Below are positions 10,050 through 20,802 of a stretch of 64,000 nt of DNA, in pieces. Position numbers and translations under genes: made by a program. Origin of the DNA: a virus. The notes below the pieces were generated by a model. That model was not told the origin of the DNA and ran no database searches. It saw nothing but the letters and a program-made list of their open reading frames with translations. How positions within the stretch are numbered: the stretch's first letter is position 1; each line of letters begins with the position of its first letter. The stretch spans positions 35,315 to 99,314 of IMG/VR virus record IMGVR_UViG_3300043579_000184. The stretch is one strand, 5' to 3'.

Positions 10050-10545
10050 CCCGGTCGAGCCGGTCAGCGAGGCCGCGCGGCGCGACCGGGTCTACAAAGC
10101 CGTGGCGGACCACGTCAGTGAGCTGGTGGACGCCCGGGTCCGCGACGTGGTCGAGCGCCAGATGGCCAGCCTCGCAGCGGCCCCGGAGGGGGAGCCCGTA
10201 CCGGACGTGCGGGTGACGCTGGACCTGCCGACCGGCAAGGCGATTCTGGCGGGCATTACCGAGATCATCTTCACGGCGGCGCTCCGGGAGGGCTACTTCC
10301 GCTTCCCGGACGGCTACGGGAGCTTCCGGGTGCAGCGGCTGACGGCGAACCCGCGCCCCAAGCGCCTGCCCACCGGGGTGACGGTCAAGATGCCGACCAA
10401 CCGGGTGAAGTTCAAGTACGAGGATGGCGCGGCGGTCCGCGAAGCCTTGGGCCTGTCGAAGAAGACCAACTACGTGCGCCGGTACGACCGGGAGAGCCGC
10501 CTGTCGGAGCACACGAAGGAACTGCTGACAAATCGGGAGGCATAG
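10018..10545 (+). CDS. HU/IHF-like DNA-binding protein
   Basis: C-terminal ...GYFRFPDGYGSFRVQ...PRPKRLPTGVTVKMP...VKFKY matches the HU arm architecture. Confidence 0.6.
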   Translation: MVSTATVSIPDPVEPVSEAARRDRVYKAVADHVSELVDARVRDVVERQMASLAAAPEGEPVPDVRVTLDLPTGKAILAGITEIIFTAALREGYFRFPDGYGSFRVQRLTANPRPKRLPTGVTVKMPTNRVKFKYEDGAAVREALGLSKKTNYVRRYDRESRLSEHTKELLTNREA

Positions 10546-10551
10546 CCTCCC
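10535..10551. terminator. hairpin at end of HU-like gene
   Basis: GGGAGGC-ATA-GCCTCCC inverted repeat, no strong U tract. Confidence 0.35.
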
Positions 10552-10641
10552 GGTTCGCTGTATAACGCTCTGTACGTCGTCGCATCGCACACAGAAACAG
10601 ACACAGCCACGCACAGCCAAGCCAAGAAACAGAGGTCTTCC

Positions 10642-11451
10642 ATGAGCGAGTTCAACCCGACGGAAAGTCAGGGGCTGACAACGCAGTCCCAGCAGCCGCG
10701 CCAGCCGCAGATCCGCCAGATCGCCCCCAACATCGAGCAGACCGACTTCTCCGACGAGTCGGTGAAGAAGTACGAGTTCGAGTTGTACTCGGGGAAGAGC
10801 AACCAGACCGACCGCATCTACATCCCGTGGACCGGCGGGGTGATGAAGACCCGGACGCACTTCGTGGAGCGCGGCACGACCAAGTTCTCGATCATCTGCC
10901 GCAGTCAGTACGTCCGCCGCCCGGATGGCAGCGGGGAAGACCTCGTGCAGGAGGGGGCCTGCTGCAAGGTGCTGGGCAGCTCCGCGCCGCGCTTTGCGGT
11001 CCTCATCGTCCAGTACGCCACCGACCGGACCGGGCAGGTCACGTTGCCCTTCACGTACTTCCGGAAGTTGTGGAAGTTCGGCTCGGACAAGTACCAGCAG
11101 ATCCGCAACATCGGCCGGGACTTCCCGCTGGAGCAGCATGACCTGAGCGTCTTCTGCCAGCCGGATGGGGAGACCTACCAGAAGCTGCAGATCGGGGCCA
11201 AGCCGGACTGCTACGTGCAGCACCCCAAGTTCCCGGAGAACGAGCGCAAGTCGATTCAGGATTGGGCCCACGCCAGCTTCAACAAGCTGCAGCGGGAGAT
11301 GGGGCGGACCTACCCGAACGACACCGAGCTGATGAAGGATCTGCAGCAGGCGGGCGTGCTGACGGCGGCGGGCCCGGCCCCGCAGATGGTGTCCGACACG
11401 CCGGTCGCCAACTTCGAGGACGTGATCTCGACGGGCGTCGTCCAGAAGTAG
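10642..11451 (+). CDS. single-stranded DNA-binding protein (T4 gp32-like)
   Basis: DRI..., H-F...C...CC metal ligands, RFAVLIVQY...KLWKFG; near recA. Confidence 0.55.
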   Translation: MSEFNPTESQGLTTQSQQPRQPQIRQIAPNIEQTDFSDESVKKYEFELYSGKSNQTDRIYIPWTGGVMKTRTHFVERGTTKFSIICRSQYVRRPDGSGEDLVQEGACCKVLGSSAPRFAVLIVQYATDRTGQVTLPFTYFRKLWKFGSDKYQQIRNIGRDFPLEQHDLSVFCQPDGETYQKLQIGAKPDCYVQHPKFPENERKSIQDWAHASFNKLQREMGRTYPNDTELMKDLQQAGVLTAAGPAPQMVSDTPVANFEDVISTGVVQK

Positions 11452-11628
11452 CCACCTCATCCCCTTCAGGGATCCCGACCTCCAGAGGAGGTCGCCCTGC
11501 GCGGTGCACCGTGTCGCTGAGATCAAAACAGCGGAGGGGTCCAGTCTCCGGCCCCCGTGTGTGTCCATCCCACCGGGGCGTAAGAACCGTGTGGCCCCCG
11601 AGCGGTGGAGATTTCGGGGGCTCTTCCT

Positions 11629-12120
11629 ATGACGCTCACCTGCCCGACCCATTCCGGCTACCGGTGCGGCCGACCCCCGAAGACCGACTGTATAACCTGC
11701 TGGGCGGCCTACGGCCGTCGCCGGGCGCTCGATGACGGTCTCAAGAGCCGGGGGAAGGCGAAGGGCGGCGGGCAGTCGAGCAAAAAGAAAGGCCGGGAGG
11801 CGGTCCTGCTCGTGGTGGCGACCCTCCGCCATGCGCTGGGGCTGGAAGAGGGCGACGTGTTCGTCAAAGCCACCTCGCAGGGCGGCTGCGATGTGCATCT
11901 GAGCCCGGCGGCGCTCCGGAAGTTTCCGTTCTCGGTCGAGGTCAAAAATCAAGAGTCGCTGAACATCTGGGCGGCCTTGCGGCAGGCGGAGCTGAACGCG
12001 GTGCCCGGTCGCCCGGCGATTCTGTTCTTCAAGCGGGCGGGCAGCCCCCTGTTTGTCGCCCTGATGGTTCCTGATTTCATGAGGTTGCTGTGTCCCGAGC
12101 CGACGCCCACAAGTACCTGA
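11629..12120 (+). CDS. Holliday junction resolvase, PD-(D/E)XK (Hjc-like)
   Basis: SKKKGRE...GGCDVHL...FSVEVKNQESLNIWAALRQAE. Confidence 0.7.
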   Translation: MTLTCPTHSGYRCGRPPKTDCITCWAAYGRRRALDDGLKSRGKAKGGGQSSKKKGREAVLLVVATLRHALGLEEGDVFVKATSQGGCDVHLSPAALRKFPFSVEVKNQESLNIWAALRQAELNAVPGRPAILFFKRAGSPLFVALMVPDFMRLLCPEPTPTST

Positions 12121-13133
12121 AGAAACTCATGCCGAACGCGATTCCGGTGGCCGGGGAAGCCCCGCCACCCATCGAGTTCATCAGTACGGGCAGTGTTGCG
12201 GTGAACTACGTCGCCGGGGGCGGGTTCCCGCGCGGGAAGATCGCGGAAGTCTTCGGCGCGGAGTCGAGCGGCAAGACCACCCTGTGCATCACCGCCTGTG
12301 CGCGGGCGCAGCAGGCCGGGCTCTACCCGGTCTACGTGGACATCGAGCGCGGGCTCGACCCGGCGTTCGCCACGAAGATCGGCTTCGACTTCATGGACCC
12401 GGAGAAGGGGTGGTATCTCAAACCGGACACGGCGGAGGAAGTGCTGGAGATCATCGAGACGATGTCCACCGATGGCAAGGCCGACCTCATCGTGGTGGAC
12501 AGCATTCCGGCGATGGTGCCGAAGGCGACCTTCACCGGCAAGATTTCGGAGATCGGGCAGCTCGGGTTCATCGGCCGCATCCTGTCGGCGGCGCTGCCCC
12601 GGGTGACCAAGACGATTGAGAACACGCAGACCGCGCTGGTCTTCACCAACCAGCTCCGCGCCAATATCCAGACCGACCAGTGGGCTTCGCGCAGCGCGCC
12701 GAAGGAGAAGACGGCGGGTGGCTACGCGCTGAAGTACTTCTCCAGCCTGCGGCTGGAGCTGAAACAACTGAAGAAAAACGCCAAGGTGGTCGAGCAGCCC
12801 AGCCCCCTCGATGCCGAGAAGAAAGACATCCTGCCGGTGGCCAGCCGTCACAGCGTGACCGCCTTCAAAAACAAGGTCTCGACCCCGTACCGCAGCACCG
12901 AGTTCTACATCCGCTACGACCCGTTCAACAACCTCTGGGGGATTGACGACCTGCAGGCGATTCTGGATATTGCGGTCGGCAAGGGGATGATTGAGGCGAG
13001 GGGCGGGGGCAACTACTGGTATACTGTCGGGAAAGAACCGCCGGTGAAGCTCAAGGGCGAGGACAACCTCTACAACTGGTTCGCCGCGCACCCGGAGCAG
13101 ACGGCGGCTCTGAAGGCGGCGCTACAGGTATGA
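12090..13133 (+). CDS. recA: RecA/UvsX recombinase
   Basis: GGGFPRGKIAEVFGAESSGKTT (Walker A), LIVVDSIPAM (Walker B), FTNQLR, GGYALKYFSSLRL, KNKV. Confidence 0.95.
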   Translation: MSRADAHKYLKKLMPNAIPVAGEAPPPIEFISTGSVAVNYVAGGGFPRGKIAEVFGAESSGKTTLCITACARAQQAGLYPVYVDIERGLDPAFATKIGFDFMDPEKGWYLKPDTAEEVLEIIETMSTDGKADLIVVDSIPAMVPKATFTGKISEIGQLGFIGRILSAALPRVTKTIENTQTALVFTNQLRANIQTDQWASRSAPKEKTAGGYALKYFSSLRLELKQLKKNAKVVEQPSPLDAEKKDILPVASRHSVTAFKNKVSTPYRSTEFYIRYDPFNNLWGIDDLQAILDIAVGKGMIEARGGGNYWYTVGKEPPVKLKGEDNLYNWFAAHPEQTAALKAALQV

Positions 13134-13647
13134 CCGACATAGTGTTCACATCGTACCGGAAGAAGCAACTGGCAGAACTGCGTCCCTATGTGCCGGGAGA
13201 GCCGATGGACGGCATCTCGGTGGCTGCGGTGGACACGGCGAACGGGTCGCCTCAAGAGGGCGACATGATCGCCCGGAACCCGGTCAACCATCAGGACCAG
13301 TGGCTGGTGGCGAAGCAGTACTTTGCTGACAATTTCGAGCCCGTCGAGTCATGACCCTCGCGGAAGCGGTCAAGGCCGGGCACAAGCGGGTCCGGCAGCC
13401 GCACTGGGCATTCGCGGAAGACTACCTGCTGATCGACATCTACGTCGAGGAGGGCGGGATGGTGCTCTGTGGGCCGTGGGCCAAGCTCTACTCGCCGACG
13501 CAGCTTGCCGTCGCCGGGATGGAGCGGCCGCAGATGCTCCTGATGGTGGGGGATACGACCCGGACGTGGGAGCCCTACACGGGGTCACCGGCCCCTGACG
13601 AGGCCCCGAGCAAGGATGAGCGCGCGAGGGGGCCGTTCGATGACTGA
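13130..13647 (+). CDS. two small conserved-looking phage proteins (13130-13354, 13351-13647)
   Basis: ATGA-coupled ORFs. Confidence 0.55.
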
Positions 13648-14077
13648 GGCGCAAACGACCGCGCTGCTGTACCACTGTCGGCTGGCGACGGAGACCATTC
13701 ACCCTCGGTTTCGCTACCGGCTGGGCCGCTACGGTATTCTCCTGACGGTCAACAGCGGGTACGAGTGACTGGAGGCTGGGTTCGGCGGGCCCGTGTGGCA
13801 CGCCTCAGTCTCGTGTCAGATACGTGGTTACCCGCTGGGGCGGTTGTGGGCGGTCGCCGAGGACATCTTGTCGGGCGTCGGGGACGCGCGGCTGGGTGAG
13901 TGGCGGGAGACCGGGACGCTCGCCGTGCACCTGCGGCGGCGGCTGACACTGATGGAGGCCATCGGGATTCCTGTGGTGGACGTGCGCGGCACGGATGAAG
14001 GGTGGCTGCGGCGCGCGGCGATCCGGCCGTTCCTGCCGCCGCAGTTCGCGCACGTGCCGGATGAGCAACTGGTATGA
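13640..14077 (+). pseudogene. hypothetical gene interrupted by an in-frame TGA at 13766-13768
   Basis: MTEAQ...LTVNSGYE[TGA]LEAGFGGPVWHASVS continues in the same frame into ORF 13793-14077. Confidence 0.45.
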
Positions 14078-14778
14078 GCGACTTCGACTTCCTTATCAAA
14101 GCGTCGGTGACCTCCGCGATTGCGCGGCCGCGCACCTTCCTGAACATCGTGCTCGACAAGTCCAGCTCGATGGGGAAGGTGCGGGAGGCGACCATCGACG
14201 CCTACAACGCCTTCCTCGACGGCCAGCGGACGGACCGGGTCGATGAGCTGTTCGTCACCCTGACGCAGTTCAGCGACCGCGAGCAGATCGAAGTGTCCTA
14301 CCGGGTGAAGCCCATCGCGGAGGTGCGCCCGCTCACGCAGGCGACCTACATCCCGGACGGCATGACGGCGCTCTACGACGGGGTGGTCCGGACCCTCGCC
14401 GCGATGGACCGCGAAGTCGGCCCGCAGGCGCGGGTGCTCACGGTGGTGCTGACCGACGGCAACGACAACAGCAGCCGCGAGGTCGAGCACGCCGGTGAGC
14501 TGGCGGCGATCATCCGCGAGTACGAGCGGCGGGGGAACTGGACCTTCGTCCTGTTGGCAGCGGATCTCAATGCGTACAAGGCCGGGGCGTCGATGGGGTT
14601 CCGGCCGGGCAACGTGCAGTCCTACGCGGCCGCGCATGTCGGCGAGGCGCTGGCGACCGTGGCGCGCGGGGTGACGGCCTACCGGCACGGCGACCAGATG
14701 CAGACCGGGGAGTTCTTCACCGCGCGCAAGTTCCGGCGGACCCAGTGGGTGCAGGACGAAGTCCCCTCGACCGGCTGA
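14074..14778 (+). CDS. von Willebrand factor A domain protein
   Basis: MIDAS IVLDKSSSM, GMTALYDG, VVLTDGNDNSSRE. Confidence 0.85.
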   Translation: MSDFDFLIKASVTSAIARPRTFLNIVLDKSSSMGKVREATIDAYNAFLDGQRTDRVDELFVTLTQFSDREQIEVSYRVKPIAEVRPLTQATYIPDGMTALYDGVVRTLAAMDREVGPQARVLTVVLTDGNDNSSREVEHAGELAAIIREYERRGNWTFVLLAADLNAYKAGASMGFRPGNVQSYAAAHVGEALATVARGVTAYRHGDQMQTGEFFTARKFRRTQWVQDEVPSTG

Positions 14779-14958
14779 TCGACGCGGTCGTGCGCTGTGC
14801 CTGTTGCGGCGCGGGGTTGGGGCAGTGCTCCTGTGCCCGTACCGATCACGTGTGGTGCGGGAGCTGTCACCGGTGCGTCTGGCACTGTGAGGCGACCCCG
14901 GCGTGTGACCGCTGGTGGCGGAAGCTGGCGGCGGACTTGAAGCGCGCGGAAGACGACA

Positions 14959-15995
14959 TTGGCGGAGGATCCTGACAAAGCCCTGCACACGGTCCGCTCG
15001 CTGATTCAGCGGACGGTGGCCACGACGCCTCGGCCCGAGGGCGAGTCGGCGGCGTACCGGGCGTGTGCCCTGATTCGCAAGCACGGCCTCGAAGTGGTGG
15101 ATCCCAGTGAGATCGATGAGATCCTCCGCGAGAACGAGGAGCTGAAGCAGAAGGTGCTGCAGCTTGAAGCGGGCCTGACCGCTGACGATCTCGTGGCGAT
15201 GACCCGGGCGGCGCAGGCGCTCGGCGCGCAGGTGGCGCAGGCGGCCAACACGGCGCACGTGGCGGCCAGTGCGGCGGTGAGCCCGCCGATGCGCGACCCG
15301 GCCACGATCCGCTCGAAGTACCGGGGCCATTGCAAACACTGCGGCAAGACCTACCACCCGGATGACTACATCCTGTGGCGGAAGAACGTCGGCACGTGGT
15401 GTGAGTACCCGGCGACCTGTTACGACCAGTGGCTGGCGGCGCGGTCGGCGCTGCAGAACTTTGCAGCGGCGGTGTTCCCGTGAGTGGGACCGTGGTGCCC
15501 GGCTTCGTGCCGACGCCGCCGACGCCGCCTCCGCCGCCGAGGTCGCTGGTGGACGCGGAGGCCGCGTACCGAGTCGTGATTGCGGGGAGTGGCGGTCACT
15601 GCCCCTGCTGCCATCGTTGGGGCAAGATCATGAAGCGCCGGGTCAACGAGACGATGGCGAAGGCGCTCATGTGGATGTACAAGCATCACCATCTGAGTTG
15701 GGTCAACATGCCGACGGTGGCCCCCCGGTGGGCCATTCGCAACCGTGAGTACACCCGGTTGAACTACTGGGGCTTGGTCGAACTGCAGCCGAATGTTGAC
15801 GACCCGTCGAAGCGCACAACGGGCGTCTGGCGAGTCACGTCACACGGCGAACAGTGGCTGCAGGGGTCGGTGCGGATCGCGCAGGCGGTGTTGGTGTTTG
15901 ACGATCAGGTGATCGACCAGATGCCCGAAACGATAGCCGTGGCGGACTGTTTCGGGGTGCATTTTGACTACGCCGCGCTGATGGCGGGTCTGTGA
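14959..15995 (+). CDS. two hypothetical proteins (14959-15483, 15480-15995), each with CxxC motifs
   Basis: CKHC and CPCC motifs; GTGA overlap. Confidence 0.55.
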
Positions 15996-16016
15996 CGCGC
16001 GCTGTATAACCTGCCA

Positions 16017-17210
16017 ATGGTCATCACCGTCAAGGACTTCCAAGCGATTGGCCACGCCGCACTGGTGGCCGAGGGCCTCACCGTCATCGTCGGCCCGTCC
16101 GACCGGGGCAAGAGCGCGCTGCTCCGGGCGGTGGAGGCCGGACTCTTCAACCGCACCGGGGACGGGTTTGTCCGGGTCGGGCGGACGGCCGCCCGCGTGC
16201 AGCTCGTGCTCGACGGCGGCGCGCGCCACGACATCGCGTGGGAGAAGGGCGGCGGGGTCAACCGCTTTCTGGTGGATGGGGTGGAGTACGGGCGTGTCGG
16301 CCGGGACGCGCCGCCCATCCTCCGGGAGCTGGGGTTTCGGGACGAGCTGATCGGCGCGCGGGTCATTGACGACGGGACGACGCTCGGCGGCGCGCTCATG
16401 CGCCCGCAGGTGGCCCGCCAGTTCGACGGGCCGTTCCTGCTCGACCAGAGCGGGAGCTTTGTCAACGAGACCATGGTCAAGCTGTCCCGGCTGGGGGTGC
16501 TGCAGCGGGCGAACCGGGCGTGCTCCAGCGACCTGCGGGGGGCCAAGCAGCGGCTGGGCGCGCAGCAGGAGCTGGCCCTGACCTACCGGGCGGCGGCAGA
16601 CAAACTGCAGCCCGTCGTCGCTCTGCGGGCCCGGGTCGAGACGCTCGCCCAGATGGCGGTCGATGTCGAGGCGGCTGAGACGAAACTGGCGGCGCTCAAA
16701 ACGCTGGTGGCCCAACGTGCAACGATCCGGCCGCTGGCTGAGACGATTCTGCCGGTTCGTGAACCGATGGAGCCGACGATCCGGCGTGGGCTGGTGACGG
16801 CGACCCTGCGGGCGTATGTGACCCAGCGGGCCGCTGCGTGGTCGTCGTTCGCGGTGGACCTGCCACCGGCGGCAACCCGGCCGGAGAAGCGCTGGTGGAA
16901 GCGGGGGGAGTCACTCGGTTTGCTCGCGCCCCTGTTGGCGGACAGGCGGCGTGTGCTCGCGAGAACCGGTGTGCTCCCCCCGCCGCGTGCACTCGACCCG
17001 GCGGTCCGCGAGCGGGGCCGGTTGTACCCGACGCTGTGGGCGCTCACGGTGAACCGGCGCAGTCTGGTTGGGTTGGCCGCTGCCATGGAGGCGCAGGTGG
17101 CCCAGTGGACGACGGCGTGTGTCGAGTCGGATATGGCGCTGACGGCCCTTAAGCGTGAGCTGAAGGTCTGCCCGATGTGCGACAGACCCTTCGCGGCGGT
17201 GTTCGCATGA
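16017..17210 (+). CDS. sbcC: Rad50/SbcC (gp46-like) ATPase, N-terminal half ending at the zinc hook
   Basis: VKDFQAI...GLTVIVGPSDRGKSALLRAV (Walker A), VARQFD Q-loop, coiled coil, terminal CPMC; no signature or Walker B. Confidence 0.8.
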   Translation: MVITVKDFQAIGHAALVAEGLTVIVGPSDRGKSALLRAVEAGLFNRTGDGFVRVGRTAARVQLVLDGGARHDIAWEKGGGVNRFLVDGVEYGRVGRDAPPILRELGFRDELIGARVIDDGTTLGGALMRPQVARQFDGPFLLDQSGSFVNETMVKLSRLGVLQRANRACSSDLRGAKQRLGAQQELALTYRAAADKLQPVVALRARVETLAQMAVDVEAAETKLAALKTLVAQRATIRPLAETILPVREPMEPTIRRGLVTATLRAYVTQRAAAWSSFAVDLPPAATRPEKRWWKRGESLGLLAPLLADRRRVLARTGVLPPPRALDPAVRERGRLYPTLWALTVNRRSLVGLAAAMEAQVAQWTTACVESDMALTALKRELKVCPMCDRPFAAVFA

Positions 17211-17928
17211 GCATGACCCAAAACGAGCTGAGACTCTTCGACGAGCTGCGGCACCTGATCGCCGCCCTCGACCGGCACCTCAGCCGGGTGCAGGAGCAGG
17301 TCACCACGCTGGCGCACGAGGTGAACGAGCTGAAGCGGAAGCTGCCACCGCTGGACTTGCGGGGGAAGCAGTGAGGCTCGCGCTTGTATAACCTTCCAGT
17401 ACGATGCCCAAAGACGCCTCGCCGTGGCTGATCGCCGAGCGGGCCCGGTGCCGGGCGGAGGGTCTGCGCTACGCCAAGCAGCAGATCGAAGCGCTCGGTG
17501 TCCGGGAGGCGTTGGAGGCGATTGACGCGCGGATCGCCTACTACGAGGGCGTGATGGCAGACCCGAAGCCGACCGGGATTCCGGGCGAGTGACGTGGGGA
17601 TGTGGTGGTACTGCCGCCGGTGCTGGCATGACTGGCTGGTGCATTACACGACCGGGCAGATGACCTGCCCGAAGTGCGGCTCGATAGATATTCGGAAAGC
17701 GAGACGTGACGACTGATGCCCGCTGACGAGACGATCCCGCCTGCCTATACCGTGGTCGAAGAGACGCCCGGGTGCGCGACGTGTGGCCATGGGCGGACGT
17801 GGGCGGTGATCGGCCCCGGCGGCGTGGCCGAGAGCATCTCCTACGTGGACGAGGAAGACGCGGCGTCGGCCGCCGACGCGCTGAACGAAGCGTTCGCGTT
17901 CGGCCGGGACAGCGCGAAGAAGCCATGA
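17207..17928 (+). CDS. small hypothetical genes (17207-17374, 17404-17592, 17716-17928)
   Basis: Short GC3-rich ORFs between sbcC-N and sbcD. Confidence 0.5.
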
Positions 17929-18869
17929 TCCTTGTCCACCTGAACGACACGCACCTGCACCACAAGAACCCGGTCAGCCGGACTGACACGTTCAACGACG
18001 AGGTCTTTCTGGTGCTCGGGCAGGTGGCGCGCATTGCCCGGCACGTCAAGGCCGACGCCATCTGTCACGCGGGCGACTGGTTCCACAAGGCCAGCCGGGT
18101 GCCATGGCCGCCGCTGGTGCAGCTCCTCATGTGGGCGTCGGACCTGATGCGGGACGGCATCCGTGTCCTGACCATCCCCGGGAACCACGATCTGGAGCAG
18201 GACCGCTACGATTCGCTGAGCGGGCTGCCGATTGGTGCGCTCTTCGAGTCGGGCCTGTTCTACAACGTCTCCGGGCTGCCGTCGCACGGCGGGCGGATCT
18301 ACGGCGTGCCGTGGCCGCTGGCGGCGCAGCCGCTGGAGAAGTGGCCTGTGATCCCCGAGACCGCGCAGGTGGTGATGGCACACTGTTTCGCCACCCCGGA
18401 GGGCCAGCCGCGCTGGGGCCAGCACTGCCAGCGCTACGACGAGCTGGCCGCGTTCGCCCCGCACGTGCGCGTGTGGCACTTCGGGCACGACCACACCGAC
18501 CACGGGGTCTGGTCCGCGACCAATGGGGCGAAGTTCATCAACCTCGGGGCGGCGGCGCGCGGCGTGTTGGACTACGACACGCTGACCCGGCAGGTCAAGG
18601 TCGCGGTCAGCCGGGTGGACGGCTTCAAGGCGGAAGTGCAGCAGATCGCGCTCAAGCTCCGGCCGGTCAGCGAGGTCTTCGACCTCGACCTGCGGGAGCA
18701 GAAGCAGCGCGAGTCGGCCGAGATCGCGCAGTTCGTCCAGCAGCTCCACGGCGCGCTGCCCAGCCTGCTGACGGTGGACTACCTCGCCCTGCTGGACGGG
18801 CTCGGGCTGGAGCAGTCGGTGCGCTCGATGGTCGATGCGTATATCGCACGGTCGGAGGAAACCGTCTGA
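17925..18869 (+). CDS. sbcD: Mre11/SbcD (gp47-like) metallophosphoesterase
   Basis: LNDTH, AGDWFH, PGNHD, MAH, FGHDH motifs. Confidence 0.85.
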   Translation: MILVHLNDTHLHHKNPVSRTDTFNDEVFLVLGQVARIARHVKADAICHAGDWFHKASRVPWPPLVQLLMWASDLMRDGIRVLTIPGNHDLEQDRYDSLSGLPIGALFESGLFYNVSGLPSHGGRIYGVPWPLAAQPLEKWPVIPETAQVVMAHCFATPEGQPRWGQHCQRYDELAAFAPHVRVWHFGHDHTDHGVWSATNGAKFINLGAAARGVLDYDTLTRQVKVAVSRVDGFKAEVQQIALKLRPVSEVFDLDLREQKQRESAEIAQFVQQLHGALPSLLTVDYLALLDGLGLEQSVRSMVDAYIARSEETV

Positions 18870-19068
18870 GGAGGATGCCGATGGAGACAGGGTGGTACCG
18901 TCTGACCAGTGGTGAAGCGGTCTACGTGGTGGGAGAGCATGGCGACGAAGTACTGGTCTCCAATCGCGGGGGCCTCAAGACTTCGCTGGTCAGCAAGCAG
19001 GCGGTGGCGTTCAAACTTGATGAGTTTCCCCGGGAAGTGGCGGGTGATCAGCGCCCGCGAGGCCGCGC

Positions 19069-19896
19069 ATGAACGTCGGTCTGGTGTGGCCGTTGAGCCC
19101 CACGGAGTTCCCGCCCCCGGACTTTCTCCGGCACGTGCGCGAGCAGACGCTGGCGACCCATCTGCGCTTCGATCTGGACTACCGGCGCACCGATGCCGAG
19201 GCGCTGGTGGACGCGGTGCGCGGGGCCGGGTTCATCCCGCTCCCCATCCTCAACTGGCCGTGGAGCGAGGGGCACCAGCCAGACCTCGGCCGCTACTGCA
19301 CGGCGGCGGTGGGGCTGGTGGGGCGTTCGGCGCTGGACGAGATCGAGATCCTCAACGAGCCGCGCATTATGGGCGGGCTGGACGGCACCCGCTACGGATC
19401 GCTAGCACGTGCCGCGTGCACGTGGGTCCGGTCCATGCGCCGGGCGGTCCGTATCCTGCTCGCCGGGGACTACCTGCAACCAGACCGTGCCGGGCCGCAG
19501 ATCCGGCGCGACTGGATCGATGATGTGCGCGCGGTGGTGCCCGACGATCTCTACGACGTGGTGGCGCTGCACACCTACCGTGAGCCCGCGCCGCCCGAGA
19601 CCACGCGCTACGAGAGTCGGCAGCGGGAGTGGCACGCCATCGTCAAGCCCCTGCCTGCGAACGTGCCCACACAGGTGACTGAAGTCGGGTGGAACCTGCA
19701 CGGGGTCAGCCTGCAGGAGCAGGGGGACTACATCGGCCGCGAGCTGGTCATCAACCGTGACCTCGGCATCGGGGCCACGTATCTCTTCGCGCCGATCCCG
19801 GGCAACAGCGAGAGTGACTTCGGCTTGTTCGAGCATGACTGGACGCCGCGCCCGTCGGCGCTGGCGATCCGGGCGTTTCAGCTCGGCGCGGTCTAG
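19069..19896 (+). CDS. clan GH-A glycoside hydrolase-like TIM barrel
   Basis: EILNEP acid/base motif, ALHTY, QVTEVGW nucleophile motif, DFGLF. Confidence 0.65.
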   Translation: MNVGLVWPLSPTEFPPPDFLRHVREQTLATHLRFDLDYRRTDAEALVDAVRGAGFIPLPILNWPWSEGHQPDLGRYCTAAVGLVGRSALDEIEILNEPRIMGGLDGTRYGSLARAACTWVRSMRRAVRILLAGDYLQPDRAGPQIRRDWIDDVRAVVPDDLYDVVALHTYREPAPPETTRYESRQREWHAIVKPLPANVPTQVTEVGWNLHGVSLQEQGDYIGRELVINRDLGIGATYLFAPIPGNSESDFGLFEHDWTPRPSALAIRAFQLGAV

Positions 19897-20377
19897 GGAG
19901 CGATGGTGACGCTGAACGTCACGCCTGAAGAGTACGCCTACATTCAAACGGCGGCGCTCGACGCCGTTGATTTGAACGGCCAATTCTGTGAGGCAGAGTT
20001 CATCCGGTTCATGTGGATACGCTTCGGTATCAGTGCCGGTCGGTATGAAGTCGTGGTGCGGACCGACGTGCCCTCGATTCCGTGGCTGACCAAGGGTGTG
20101 CACCGGTTCGGTCCAGACCGTGACGCATGGGGAGGCAGGGTCAGCCTATGACGCATACCCGGCAGATGGCGGACAGCGAAGGGGACTTCGGGCAGTGGAC
20201 GCTTGTAGAACGACCTTGTCACCATGTGGTCGCGGTGAGTGGTCTCGTGTGTGGGCATCCCGTGGAGCGACGGGTCTGGGAGTCCAGTGACGGAGCCTAC
20301 GAAGACTACCAGTTCCGCTGCGTCGGCGGCGGGCATGTCTGGTGGGTTGATGGCATCGACAGTTGAGGGAGGGTAGC

Positions 20378-20782
20378 GTGGCGCGACAGGTGCTCGTTCT
20401 CGAAGAAATCGTGGCCATTCTGCAGGCGGTCGGGATTCCGGACGGCCCCATCGACAAATTCAAGGAACACGCCGCGCGGATCATCGGCTCCAAGAACGAG
20501 CAGGGCACCGACGCGCTGACCATCAGCTCGGGGTTCGGTCAGAAGTCGCAGGTCGGCTTTGTGGACCTGACGGTGAACGACACGCGGATCCAGATGCCCA
20601 TCGAGAAGGCGCGGGAGGTCGGCATCATGCTCCTGAACGCGGCGGAGGCGGCGGCCAGCGACCAGATGTTCGTCACCCTGCTGCAGAAGTCCGGGCTCGA
20701 CAACCCGGAGACGGTCGGCGGCGTGCTGCTGGAGCTGCGGGAGATCCGGCAGGGGACCAAGGGTATTTCGTGGCCGTCCTGA
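20378..20782 (+). CDS. hypothetical protein
   Basis: GTG start after GGAGGG SD. Confidence 0.55.
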   Translation: MARQVLVLEEIVAILQAVGIPDGPIDKFKEHAARIIGSKNEQGTDALTISSGFGQKSQVGFVDLTVNDTRIQMPIEKAREVGIMLLNAAEAAASDQMFVTLLQKSGLDNPETVGGVLLELREIRQGTKGISWPS

Positions 20783-20802
20783 CCGCCGCTGTATAACCCG
20801 AC

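Noticed and set aside
13766-13768. Genome-wide TGA reassignment or selenocysteine
   Set aside because: TGA ends many well-supported genes with ATGA/GTGA overlaps; no SECIS-like hairpin or sel genes were recognised.
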